Source: Mytilus trossulus
Lineage: Eukaryota
Assembly: GCF_036588685.1 (NCBI RefSeq)
Contig: NC_086373.1
Location: forward strand, 77,748,001 to 77,812,000
Direction of reading: 5' to 3'
DNA: 64,000 nt
Both the position numbers and the translations under genes were made by a program. The notes below the pieces were generated by a model. It made no database searches. It was not told the origin of the DNA and saw only the letters and a program-made list of their open reading frames with translations. Below, in pieces: positions 25,921 through 37,259 of the stretch; positions within the stretch are counted from its first letter, which is position 1, and the number at the start of each line of letters is the position of its first letter.

Positions 25921-26185
25921 TAGAATGTGTCCATAGTACACGGATGGCCCACTCGCACTATCATTTTCTATGTTCAGTGGACCGTACAATTTGGAAAAAA
26001 ATATTATTTGGCATTAAAATAAGAAAGATCATATCATAGGGAACATGTGTACTAAGTGTCAAGTTGTCTGGACTTCAACTTCATCAAAAACTACCTTGAA
26101 CAAAAACTTTAACCTGAAGCGGGACAGACGAATGCTCAGACCAGAAAACATAATGCCCCTCTTCTATCGTAGGTGGGGCATAAAA
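25921..26185 (-). mobile_element. Short HINE-type element
   Basis: GCCCAC (25947) is inverted against GTGGGG (26173); terminal hairpin ATGCCCC..GGGGCAT followed by AAAA; a GACAGACG microsatellite remnant is present. Confidence 0.5.
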
Positions 26186-27420
26186 TCCATAAACTGTTCA
26201 AGTCGAGATTCTACTGGTACAAATGTATTAGAGAATATGAATGTCTTAACTGGATGATTAACATGGATATATAAATATGTATAAATATACCTGTACATAT
26301 TTGCTCAAAATAATCATTGAGTGCAATAAAACACTATTTCTAAGGTAGATTTAAATACAAATATAGGTACATTTGTATATACTTTATTGAAGGTCATCCT
26401 AAACACAGATCAATAGATTTAAAGTCTAAGATCATGGGAATCAATATGATTATAAATATTAATCAAGAATGTGCTATATCAACAAGGGTAATAAATGAAT
26501 ACACTTTTAAAGACAAGAGGCTATAAGTACTGTATTCCAAAAATTCTTGTTTGTGTTCATAACAAAAATCAACAAAGCTTTTCTTGAAAATACTCAGAAA
26601 TCGAAAACAGAAAGCATACATACTGATATTCTGGATTATAATATGCATTTATGTTATCACATATATTTATTCCATCTCAAACTATGTCAAAATGAACCTA
26701 ATTGTAGTTGTTTGACTCCGGTTTCCTACCCTTTTAATTTTAAATTTGTGTGAACATGGTGAATGCAAACCATTATTGTTTTGTTGTGTCATGTGCAAAG
26801 GGTGCAATATAATATAAATGGACCAAGATGTGTGTAGGATAGATGGTCATCATAATGCATATAATTTTCAAAATCGGACCAAATTGTAAAGATTTTGATA
26901 CTATAAGAAACCATGATGCAACTATAAGCACTATTCATTCACTACTGTTTGGATCTCAAATACTTATTTTTTATGTGCATCTCTAATATTTAGTGCTCAT
27001 GTTGCATATAATTTTCATAAATATATTCACTGTTAAAACCTGTGGGATAAATTTAGTCTCAGTTAATACTTAGAAATCTAAATGAATATTTCCTTGTCTG
27101 TAATAGGTACAATGTATCTATTAATGATTTTTTTTACAGAAATATTATTGTTTATCTTTCTGCTTTCAGACCATTGTATTTCTGACTTCAAAATATATTT
27201 TTTTTAAAATACCTACAAATTGATGTTAATTTTCCTCTTGCTTTTAGACATTTGCTCAGACTACAGCTCTACAGAAATGAGTTGAGCCAGGCTAGTTTTT
27301 ACTTTTTACTTTCTGTTCTGCAAATGAACCCTCTGTTAACCTACTTCTTTACATGTTTACAGACAAGTATCTAAGGGTCAAACTTGTAAAAGGACAGAAG
27401 AAATTTTACAAAATACTAAC

Positions 27421-27475
27421 CTTAACTTCTCGCAGATTTAAACACTCGTCCCATGAGTAATATTTCTTCTTCATT
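27421..27475 (-). CDS. MAK: MAK/ICK coding exon 2 (55 nt)
   Basis: MKKKYYSWDECLNLREVK; tacag| ... |GTTAGT. Confidence 0.95.
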
Positions 27476-30400
27476 CTGTAAAAAGAGAAAGAAAAGTATG
27501 AGAAAAAACAATCAGTATAGTGTATTCAACCTGGATATTTTACTCACCTTCAGGAGGTAATTATGCTGTGTTTACCTATGCATGCTATGGGCCATATATA
27601 TATATATTATAAATTTTATTCAAAACACAAAATAAAAACTTACAAGCAAGCCAAAATCAATTACTAGTATTTAATTGATCTACATTTCAAATTTTTCAGT
27701 GGGTGTTAAACAAGACTATACACAGTAATGCCTACTCTGCTTTACTAAATGATGAATTTATGTTTTAAGTTATATAAAAAGATAAAGGTTTTGATACGTA
27801 CATGTACATATGTATGAATTTCAATAACAGCCGGGAAACAGACTAATGTAATAGAGGTCAATGTCAGATAGACCCTTCAAGACAGACATGTACAACTTAA
27901 AAATATCAAATTCACTTAAGATATATATTGTCTGAGAAAAAGATCTTATTACAAAACTTGAGAATGATCTGGAACTGTGAATGAGACAAATTCAGGCTAG
28001 ATGAACCCTGCTAGAAGAGCAAGTGGTTATCCTATTTCTAATTATCAATGAAAAAGTCATGAAAGTTGCTGAAACAAGAAAACAAGGTCAAGGATATTAG
28101 ATATATGCCAGACTGAAACAACTAAACATAAGGTATCTTTTATGCAAGGCATGAAGAATCCACGACTTTTACCCTCTGAAGTATAAGTCTTTATACAAAT
28201 AGTTTAAAACACAGTGCTTGTCTAGATCTATATTCACATACTGACGAGATTCCCCTCCCCCAAACTTGGTATAATAATTACATCATCAGTATCACATTGG
28301 AACTATAAACAGCTCAAGTTAAATGGCAGATTTATGAAAAGATTTTAAAATGAAGCTGGAAAATAACTCATTAATAGTTTAATCTAACGTTTTTTTGTAT
28401 ACTATATTTGTATGGTTTTAGTGGATCCTCCATGCATTTGTATATATACCATATGTGAACTGATAGGGGATTTCTGTTGTTGATTATATAGGGAATCACT
28501 GAAGCCTGACTATAGAGGCCACAGCCCCTTATAAAAACTTCTTGATCTGCCAATGTATAATGTGTATACATGTATATACAGCTGTGTACAATGTACAATG
28601 TATATACAAAAGATGATGTATTCATTGTATTCATGGATGCACACATTACATATTGAATTTCCTTGTGTTCTGAAATTTCTTCATTCATACATGTACTTAA
28701 TTATTCAGAATTTTTGAGTATCTGCTGACTGCAGCAAAATCGTTTTTCACATCTTATGTTTTTTTTCTGCCCCTCGGTATGTCAATAATAACATATTTGG
28801 CAGTATCTTTCATTTACCTTTTAGTAACCCCTTATCTGAAATACATATATAAAGAAGTCATGAGAACTATAGTCTACAGCTCCCATTTAAATCATGTGGC
28901 GACATTTACATGAAAGGAATTAAAATCAGGTGAAGACAATAAAACTTTTATATCTATCTTCTTGTAATTTACAATATTTTTTTTAAATTGGTTGAATTTG
29001 GAAGATTTCCAACAATTTATAAATGATGTATATACCTGTCAATGAGAATTTTAACAGGTGAATAAATCATACACATACCCTGCTGATTGCTATCAAAACA
29101 AATAACCATACTTGTCTTCAACAAATAATGTACTCACAATTCACAAGGACCCCAATTAAAATTCATAGGTGAATTTTAACATACACCCTAGCTTCATTTA
29201 AGTGATATAAAAACCAGGAAAAATAATCTCAATGCCTTAGTATTACCAATCTTAAGGTCATGCTTCAAACCAGGTGTTTATTCATTGAAACCAATTGAAT
29301 TTGTAGAGAACAGATCTAGAGTACAGATTTAAGAAATAATAAAACAGTTGTCCATTGTAGCTAGGTATAATGAAAAGTTGTGTCCTTGTAATCAACTAGA
29401 TAATTAGCTGATACACACTGATGGAAAGTTGGAAACTAGATGTTTAAAGATTTAAAAAATGCCATAGGAACTAAACGTCTATCCAGTTTGCTTAAACAAA
29501 TTTGTTTTAGTCTCTACTTCAAAAAGTGACTTTTTTATATCCTACAAGGAAGTGATCGAAACAGCTGATGGTACATTGTATAGTCAGCTTACAGGTACAC
29601 AGACAATTAGCACATGTTTTATTACTTATATATATATATATACAGAACATGTACATGTAACTAAACTTAAGTACTTATTTTTACAGCTATTACAAATATT
29701 TAAATAACTACTGAAAGGTTTGTTTTGGTAAGTTTCACCAGTGTGCACAATCCTGTTGTTTTGTAGGACCTAATCTTTTGCGCCCCATATGACTGTACCA
29801 TCTGCATGTTCTACCTTGATGATCTTATAATTTTTACAGCATGTTCACCAATGTTTGCCTTAAATAAGAGGTTACAAGCCTTAACTGCTATATACATTTG
29901 TATATCTATGTCAGGTGAACAGGTAATGCCTTTTAACCATGATGTTATTATCCTTTAAGCAATGGGTATATGATTAAAGGATTTTTTATGAAAGCATGCA
30001 TTCTTCATGGCATTTTATTGACCAGAAAAGTGACCATCTAATTTAACTATTTTAGTGTCGATAATCAGCTGCTAACACCTTGACTTTTATGTTGTCCACT
30101 CGAGAAAATGTGCACTCAATGTAAATGAAAGTTGAAAACTGATTTGACAACTTCATGGTAAACTAAGGTCTACAATGTACCTCCAAGTTCAAACCAAAAC
30201 TGTATCATGATACATTGTACTAGATTGACAAACAGACCATACCACATAATATTTTCTACAGTCTACTAATGAAAGCTGGTCATATTAATATATATTAACA
30301 TCACTTTTGCAGAACGCAATATCAATTGAAAAAAAATAATAATAAACAGTGGCATACAAATTGCAATCTTACAATGTTTAAACGTATTGCAGACTTGAAA

Positions 30401-30495
30401 AAAACTGTGTAAAAATAATGGAAAACATTAAAGTCTTTTTAAATACACAGAAATATAACATGTATAAGGATTGTGAGAAATCATACTCTACTTAC

Positions 30496-30596
30496 TTTTT
30501 AATAGCAACACTTTCTTGGTTTTCTATACTTTTAGCCAACAGAACACTTCCATAAGTCCCATCTCCTAACTGCTTGAATATCTGGTATCGATTCAT
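30496..30596 (-). CDS. MAK: MAK/ICK kinase coding exon 1 (101 coding nt)
   Basis: [33 protein letters not shown](K); donor AA|GTAAGT. A likely upstream acceptor tctatttcag| places the exon start at 30780. Confidence 0.95.
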
Positions 30597-31673
30597 TTTA
30601 TCTGGTTTTTTTTTTTATATTTTCACATGAAACAAGCTAATGATTTATGTACATACACTAAACAACGTTTTTGAGTTCAAAACACAGTGAAATATATACA
30701 AAAAATGTGAGCAAATCAATGGAGAGTGTTGCATGTCAACCAAAACAGGTCTTCGTCAAAGTTAGATGGTCACTAATACACTGAAATAGAGACATTAACT
30801 TTACAATGGTTAATTGACAGATTTCATTATGTTCTCATACATTTAATTTCTGTCTTTCAATATAAATTTGTACTTTGTGCTTCATGATGTCATTGCTGTT
30901 TAAAATAAATTCAGTAAAGCTTTTGCAACTGATGTGTTCAGTTTGTTCTTCAGTTGACATTGTGCTGTTTAAACATTGTGCCAAATTAGGGGAGTTTTAT
31001 CAGAACTGATATATAACCTGTTGTCTCATTAATGGTGCAGTCAGGTGTATCCCCGCACCTAAAACTTATGACTTCACTTTATTCAACAGACAAAACCAAT
31101 AATTGGATAAAGTTGTGTGAACACATGCTTAAAATCTTCTGTTTGTTTGGTTTCACCCTCAAGATTTTTTTGTAAAGTGTGTCCAAAATTAGGAAAACCC
31201 CTGTTCTGGGAGTTCCTCTAATGTTCGGTGATTTCTACATGCCTTCCAAAAATAGCTTATTTTGAATAAAGGAAAGATTTTATATCTGGCACAAAATATA
31301 GTTGAATTTGAACCAAACACACTGCCAAGGATGCAGAGCAAAAAGTATTTAATTTGATATAAATTTGACTTCAGTAAAACAAACTGTGATTTTTTTGTAA
31401 TAAAAATTGGCCAAATATTGTAAATCACAGGATTGCAGTACCAAATTTATTCTTATCTATCCCTTCGGAAGGCTAAAACAATTACAAGAACGATTATATT
31501 TGTGTTACTGTCATGACTTTGTTGATACAACGAAATTGAGCTAATGCGTGGTATTTCCATTCGCTATCCTAATTCAATGAACTTCTTCCTTCTTTTTCTT
31601 CCAGGTAAGGGAACCAAATTCAAATTTGTATGTATTAGGTCCCGCGAAAACTAAAGCAATGTTTGTTTTTATC

Positions 31674-33144
31674 TAATCCGAGATTACTCTGACCGTCTGA
31701 TGTCAAAGCTCGTCCTATATCAAAAAGTGGATATTTGCCTACCCAAAATAGATGCGCTGCTTCGTCTCTTCTGGAGCAGACTGAGGGCCTTGGAATTATA
31801 TAAATCGGGCTTCAATCTCTTCATTTATGTCAGTTTCACCTACCTGCCAACCCTTATTTTTCTATATTTAAACAGTTTTCACAGAGACCCATCAATTTCT
31901 GCATTTTGACTTTAACTTTCAAATGGACCTCAAGTTACGAGAGTTCGTGGCCTCGAGGCTCAAATATTCCTGTATAGGAGATCGATGTTTAACATTTAGA
32001 AGCAACCACGTTTTTTCACCTCCTTTACAGGAGATCTGTACATTTTGTAATTAGCATTTAGTCACTACCATGATAACAATCGGAAGCTCTTGGACATGCA
32101 GGTAACTTGCATCAAAAATGAACGAGGTGTGACATTAAGGTCATTTGCACTGTTCTCTTGGGTCACTACACGTGATCATCTTTGAAAATGAAAGGCAAAA
32201 TTCAGAAGTCGATTGGTCACTGTGAAAACTGTCTAATTATGAGAAAATAAAGGTTGGCAGGTCGGTGAAACTTACATAAATGAAGAGATGAATGAAAAAT
32301 TAAGAGATTGAAGGCCGATTTATGTAATTCCAAGGCCCTCAGTCGGCTCCAAAAGCATCTTCGCTAGCCAAGGGTTACGATCCACTCCCGCTCTCTTCAC
32401 CCTTGGCGGATTGAGCCAACATTTGTGATAACAATGTTGCGCCATCTATCGGAAGATAAAAACCACGCCAATTCCGAATACATTAGTCTTGACCAATAGT
32501 AGCACTTGAACTCTTCAGCTTGGAGGTAAAAACACGGTAGCGTCTAGATGCTACACACTTGGTAAAGCCGGAAATGAAAACATACGTCAACATTCATGCA
32601 TTTGTGCATGAAACATACACAGGAACTTCCATTTGTTGATTAAAAACATTCAAGTTTTCACTAAATATAGTCGTATGTTTAGGGATGTAAAGGCTTGTTG
32701 CACAAAAAACACGTGGCAATTGTTTACAAACACTTTCTACATTTACACGTGATTATGTTACAGGCGCATTTTGATTGGATGCAGCGAGTTTTGACTGCAA
32801 CCAATAAAAATCCTTACCTTGTGTCTCCGAAATTTTATCTCAATCCGCCAAGGGTGAAGAGAGCGGGAGTGGATCGTAACCCTTGGCTAGCGAAGATGCT
32901 CCAAAAGCGACGAAGCAGCGAATCTATTTTTAGTGGGCAAATATCCACTTTTTGATATGGGACGATCTCTGACGTCCCACAGCCCCAGCTTGTCTGGCAA
33001 AACAGCCGTCAGAGTACAAAGTACAAGTATAAGTACAAAGGAGAAACTATATTAGTGATAATAATTTTACAAGAGAGGATAATTCACAAGAGAGATTACT
33101 CTGTCATCACGACAAAGATTGAAGATCAAAGTAATCTCGGCCTA
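31674..33144. mobile_element. Long-TIR non-autonomous DNA transposon (outer), near-perfect 9-bp TSD
   Basis: Ends TAATCCGAGATTACT / AGTAATCTCGGCCTA. Flanks GTTTTTATC (31665-31673) and GTTTTTATT (33145-33153). The ~190-bp left arm (31680-31862) is inverted against 32243-32355 plus 32899-32975. Confidence 0.75.
32356..32898. mobile_element. 543-bp MITE with perfect 60-bp TIRs and 9-bp TSD (Mutator-like), nested in the outer element
   Basis: 32356-32415 is the exact reverse complement of 32839-32898. CTCCAAAAG is duplicated at 32347-32355 and 32899-32907. Confidence 0.9.
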
Positions 33145-33471
33145 GTTTTTATTGTGGTTGTTACATTTCTGTGTAGTCATTTTGATAAATGACTTTACAG
33201 CAAGGTTGTAAGTGGCCTGTACGTATTGTATATTGCGTTTACATCAAATTTATACAGCGAATGTTTATCAATCCTCGATATTTTTGGTTTCGAAGACCAT
33301 GTTTCTGTGTTTGCAAGGCTTGTAAAGATGTATCTATAAATGGTGAAAATAGAACAATCATACGCTCCAATTATTAGTGTATTTGTGTATGCCTTTAAGG
33401 TAGACTAGATTGGCACGATTAATAATAGGAGAAATGAGTGAAATTTGATCTATTTATCGGTCAATCGTGGA

Positions 33472-33568
33472 ACTCACCTCCGCCATGACAGTTGTTGCTA
33501 TTTGTTCAATTATTTGGTCACGTGATAAGTGTAGCAACCATGAAAATTTTGTCGAGAGTTATCTCCCT
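33472..33568 (-). promoter_or_regulatory. Candidate MAK promoter and upstream leader exon with donor GAG|GTGAGT at 33478/33477
   Basis: Strong donor site, E-box GGTCACGTGA (33516-33525), two RFX-like half sites GTTGCTA (33494-33500) and TAGCAAC (33532-33538), and GAGTTATCTCCCT (33556-33568). It would splice to the acceptor at 30780. Inferred without transcript data. Confidence 0.45.
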
Positions 33569-33749
33569 CCAAAGTTATTCAAGTATTAGCTTTATAAATT
33601 AAAAAAAACCTTGTCTGAAAAACCGTTCTCCCTACTGTATACAAATCGTTGGATTATAGTGAAATAAGACAATCAATCATTGTAAAATCGGAACCTATCT
33701 ATAAAGATCTATATAATTAACTTTCAAATTATACATCGAACAAGGGGCT

Positions 33750-34136
33750 CTCACTGTGGGGGATCCAGACTGAATTTGGATAAAAGACTTAGATGATGTC
33801 GATAAGCCTTAAAGGGATGGGACCCATTTACTCTTGTTCTAAGAGGGAACCCGCTCCAGTCATGCTTCAGTAATTCCCTTATATAATCAACAAAACAATT
33901 GCCAGTCATGCCGGTTTTATAGCCATCCAAGGTCGTTAACAACTTTCATCGTGGTCAATCATGCCAGCACGTGGAAGGTGCACTCGACTCGGGCCAATCT
34001 TCATTGACATGGATTGTCAGTTTTCCTACCGAAATCAATGGTCCCTCCCGGGCACTCCAATTTTCTCAAAACCCTACCACCTAGAAATAGCACAATAGTG
34101 CTGTAAGTGGCGTTCAACCCAAAGTAATCCATCAAT
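33750..34136 (+). repeat. Decayed SINE-like element
   Basis: GC-richer block ending AGTGGCGTTCAACCCAAAGTAATCCATCAAT, resembling the (AATC)n-tailed SINE ends seen in molluscs. No intact A/B boxes were recognised. Confidence 0.4.
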
Positions 34137-34190
34137 GATTCGATCGGAATCATATTTTTGAAAGCTGTCATGTTAAATTATTATGTCCTT

Positions 34191-34765
34191 TTAAGGTTTA
34201 TGTACCCTTCTGTGGCAATTTTTGTACGAACTATTCAAATTTCAATTGTATCAAAACTACAGATATAATGAATAATAGAGATAGGCCATTTTGTACATAT
34301 TCCAAGGGGAAACTTGATTCAAAGCATTACTTTTTACTGTTCCATTGCATTTAATAGAAAAAGAGGACTTTGTGGCAAATAAATCAAGATTTTTATAGAA
34401 AATCCACAGCCTTTATCCTTGTACTCTCATATTTGGCAATTTGATGACTAGTAGAAATAGGATTATTGCATGCAGTGCTAGCATTGATTTCCTCAAAACA
34501 ACTTTATAAATGTAGTTGTTGTTTAAAAAATCTCTGTATTAAAGGCTGTGGATTTTCTATAAAAATCTTGATTTATTTGCCACAAAGTTCTCTTTTTCTA
34601 TCAAATACAATGAAAGAGTAAAAAAGTACGCTTTGCATCAAGTTTCCCCTTGGAATATGTACTAAATGGCCTATCTCTATTATTCATTATATCTGTAGTT
34701 TTGATACAATTGAGGTTTGAAAAATTCATACAAAAATGGCTACAGAACCTTAATTTAAACCTTAA
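34191..34765. mobile_element. TTAA-flanked foldback MITE with ~220-bp arms (Kolobok-like)
   Basis: TTAA-GGTTTA...TAAACC-TTAA. Arm 34195-34413 is inverted against 34541-34761 at high identity, with a ~125-bp spacer. TTAA TSD with purine termini fits Kolobok. Confidence 0.8.
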
Positions 34766-34785
34766 CAGTAAGTAACTATATATAC

Positions 34786-35640
34786 TAGTGTTGTCAAATC
34801 GCACAGGTTTGTCAAACCAGTTACTCTGATAATCTTTCGACCAATTAACGGCTCATCAACTGGTTAACCGGTGGTAAATTTGGCATTTACAGGTCTTATT
34901 TTATACAGTACTCTACAAATGAACAGTTTTTCAAACGACGAATTGAAGTTTATCCTTAAGAATTATAAGGTTTTACTTTCAGCATTACTTGTGAGATTTT
35001 ACTTTTGATAACTCAATACTAGCATACCTTCATTCAGAACGAGAAGATGAGAATCTTCTTGATCTCGGCGAATTGACAAAGTGTAAAACCGGAAAAGAGT
35101 TCCTTTTTTTCTCTGGTGTCTGTGCGTAAATTATGTGTAGTATATCAATCTGAGTAGATAAAGCATGCTACTCCGTAATGGATGAGTGTATTTCAGGGTT
35201 GCCCCGAGTTAATAGACAAGTTGTCTTCGTGCAAATTATTTTTTTCAATGTAAGTGAGGTCTTTTCTCTGTGTGTTGCATTTTAGTGTTGTGTTTCTGTT
35301 GTATCGCTGTTCTCCTCTTATACTTGATGCATTGCCCTCAGATTTAGTTTGTAACCAGGATTTTTTGTTACTTCAATCGATTTAGGAATTTCGAACAGCG
35401 GTATACTACCGTTGCCTTTATTAACAAGACAGTAAACCATGGTAATCATTATACTGGACAATTGTTTCATCTAATTTAAGTAGCACTTTTAAAATTCAAC
35501 ACAATGTATTGTTGCGATTTCAATACAAATTTATTAAATCCATTAAAATTGTTAAAAGGTCAGGTTAACCGGTAAGTTTTTTTGGTATTCGATATTCGGT
35601 CATTCAGACGGTTAACCCCGGTTAATCGTTGACAACACTA
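34786..35640. mobile_element. hAT-like non-autonomous element
   Basis: TIR TAGTGTTGTCAA / TTGACAACACTA and subterminal GGTTAACC repeats at both ends. The TSD is degraded. It contains a dispersed repeat at 35265-35422. Confidence 0.65.
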
Positions 35641-35749
35641 ATATAAGTAAATATATATACACAAATATTACAAAAAGTAGCATTATTTGAATGAGCTCTT
35701 TAAAAAACTTACATACAGTACTGTTAGTGGAACTACTGCAAACACCATC

Positions 35750-36390
35750 AGTGACCTCAGCCAAGCCATCCATCATCATGTTTTTCGACCTTTCACTGCT
35801 GCTTATCCCATATTATATAAACTTGTACAACTGTTAACCAGTCACTCCTACTGCAGAAAACAATCCCCACACTGACTGTGCAGTATAGACTCTTTAGCAA
35901 ACATCAAGAGGGAAGTTCCATGTGTGACATCCTCTATATCTCCAATCTACTAACAGCCCAGCATACTGTTCCTGTACCCTTTTTCTTTCATTGGCTTTGC
36001 TACACCTCTCCTCCTAGGGAACTTTAAGCTCTATAATTTCTACTTTTACTGCCATAAAACACATGTCATGTCTTAAGGGCTAGTTGGTACAATGTTGGGA
36101 AATTGCAGTTTCTTTCCTTGATCTACTTCTAACTGCCAATCTCTTGCCTGAGTTATCATTCCTGGCGTGTTTTGTTTACTTTTTCTCTGACATAGTTCTC
36201 CATCATTCTCAAACTGGATCTTGATAGGTTTCTTTATTATGTGGTTTGCTTCTTTTCTTTGTTTTTCTACCACTTAAGTAAGTTCCCAGAGTTCTTGATT
36301 GTGTCGCCATGTATATCTCCTCTGTGTTAGAGCGATATTGCATCATGAAAGAACATGTAGAGTTTCTCTGTTTCCGCACTGGTGTAGTTG
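35750..36390 (-). pseudogene. 3' remnant of an RLE-type non-LTR retrotransposon (HERO/NeSL/R2 group): zinc knuckle and restriction-like endonuclease
   Basis: Minus-strand translation with stops: CGNRETLHVLS*CNIALTQRRYTWRHNQ...DWQLEVD..LQFP.IVPT-LRHD...IELKVP*EE..ANERK...FPLDV, matching the C-x-H-x-C, RH, (R)PD and E-x-K motifs of RLE LINEs. Confidence 0.7.
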
Positions 36391-36854
36391 GAATTGAGTA
36401 CTGTATATTGCCATATTTCTGATAATGTAAGGGATCGATGTTCTAATTCCTAATTTGACCTAGTTGCTCGTCTGTTTTCCACTTTTTTATATTTATATTA
36501 AACTAGACTTTGTCTCTCTGGGGTGTTAGCATTTTTCAGGAGTGTTTTGTTTACAGTCAACTTTAATCAGCAAATAAAAAAAATAATATCACGCGCAATA
36601 TAGAAACACGAACATATTTGAAGTTGTGGTGTTAGTGCCAATGAGACAACTCTCCATCCAATTAACATTTTATAAAAGCAAACCATCATAGGTCAAAGTA
36701 CGGTTTTCAACACGGAGCCTTGGCTCAAACCGAACAGCAAGCTATAAAAGGGATCCAAAAATTACTAGTGTTTAATCCAAAATTTGCTACATACGGAAAT
36801 TCCTCCACCAAGTCAGGAATATAGTTATCAAAAGTACCATGATTATAATTTAGT

Positions 36855-36900
36855 ACGCCATACGCGCGTTTCGTCTTCGTAAGACTCATCAGTGACGCTC
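36855..36900 (-). ncRNA. Minimal type I hammerhead ribozyme (intact core)
   Basis: GAGCGUCA-CUGAUGA-GUCU UACGA AGAC-GAAAC-GCGC-GUA^UGGCGU: conserved CUGANGA and GAAA, 4-bp stem II, palindromic loop III, NUH triplet GUA. Cleavage at 36861/36860. Confidence 0.85.
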
Positions 36901-37213
36901 ATATCAAAATATTTATAAAGCCAAACAAGTACAAAGTTGAAGACCATTATGATCCAAAATTCCAAAAAAAGTTGTGCCAAATACGGCTAAGGTAATCTAT
37001 GCCTGGGATACGAAAATCCTGAGTTTTTCGAAAAGTTAAAAGTTTTGTCAACAGGAAATTTATAAAAAAAATGACCACATTATTGATATTCATGCCAACA
37101 CCGAAGTATTGACTACTGGGCTGGTGAAACCCTCGGGGAAGAAACGTCCACCGGCAGTGGCATCGACCCAGTGATGTAAATAGTTATCAAAGGTACCAGG
37201 ATTGTTATTTAGT

Positions 37214-37259
37214 ACGCCATACGCTCGTTTCGTCTTCGTAAGACTCATCAGTGACGCCC
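37214..37259 (-). ncRNA. Minimal type I hammerhead ribozyme (intact core)
   Basis: GGGCGUCA-CUGAUGA-GUCU UACGA AGAC-GAAAC-GAGC-GUA^UGGCGU. Cleavage at 37220/37219. Confidence 0.8.

Larger units (their letters stand above)
16209..30596 (-). other. MAK: Gene span: MAK/ICK (CILK1)-family RCK serine/threonine kinase, 14 coding exons, 586 aa
   Basis: Exons join in frame through GT-AG introns to 1761 nt. Motifs [29 protein letters not shown] activation loop ([15 protein letters not shown]), SRYLPG, GYVPSF and C-terminal HGRTDWAAKY are characteristic of MAK/ICK. Invertebrates typically have one co-orthologue, so MAK versus ICK cannot be separated. Confidence 0.95.

Noticed and set aside
32695-32955. 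86-aa ORF as a transposase fragment
   Set aside because: It runs across the MITE TIR and TSD and shows no DDE or DNA-binding motif.
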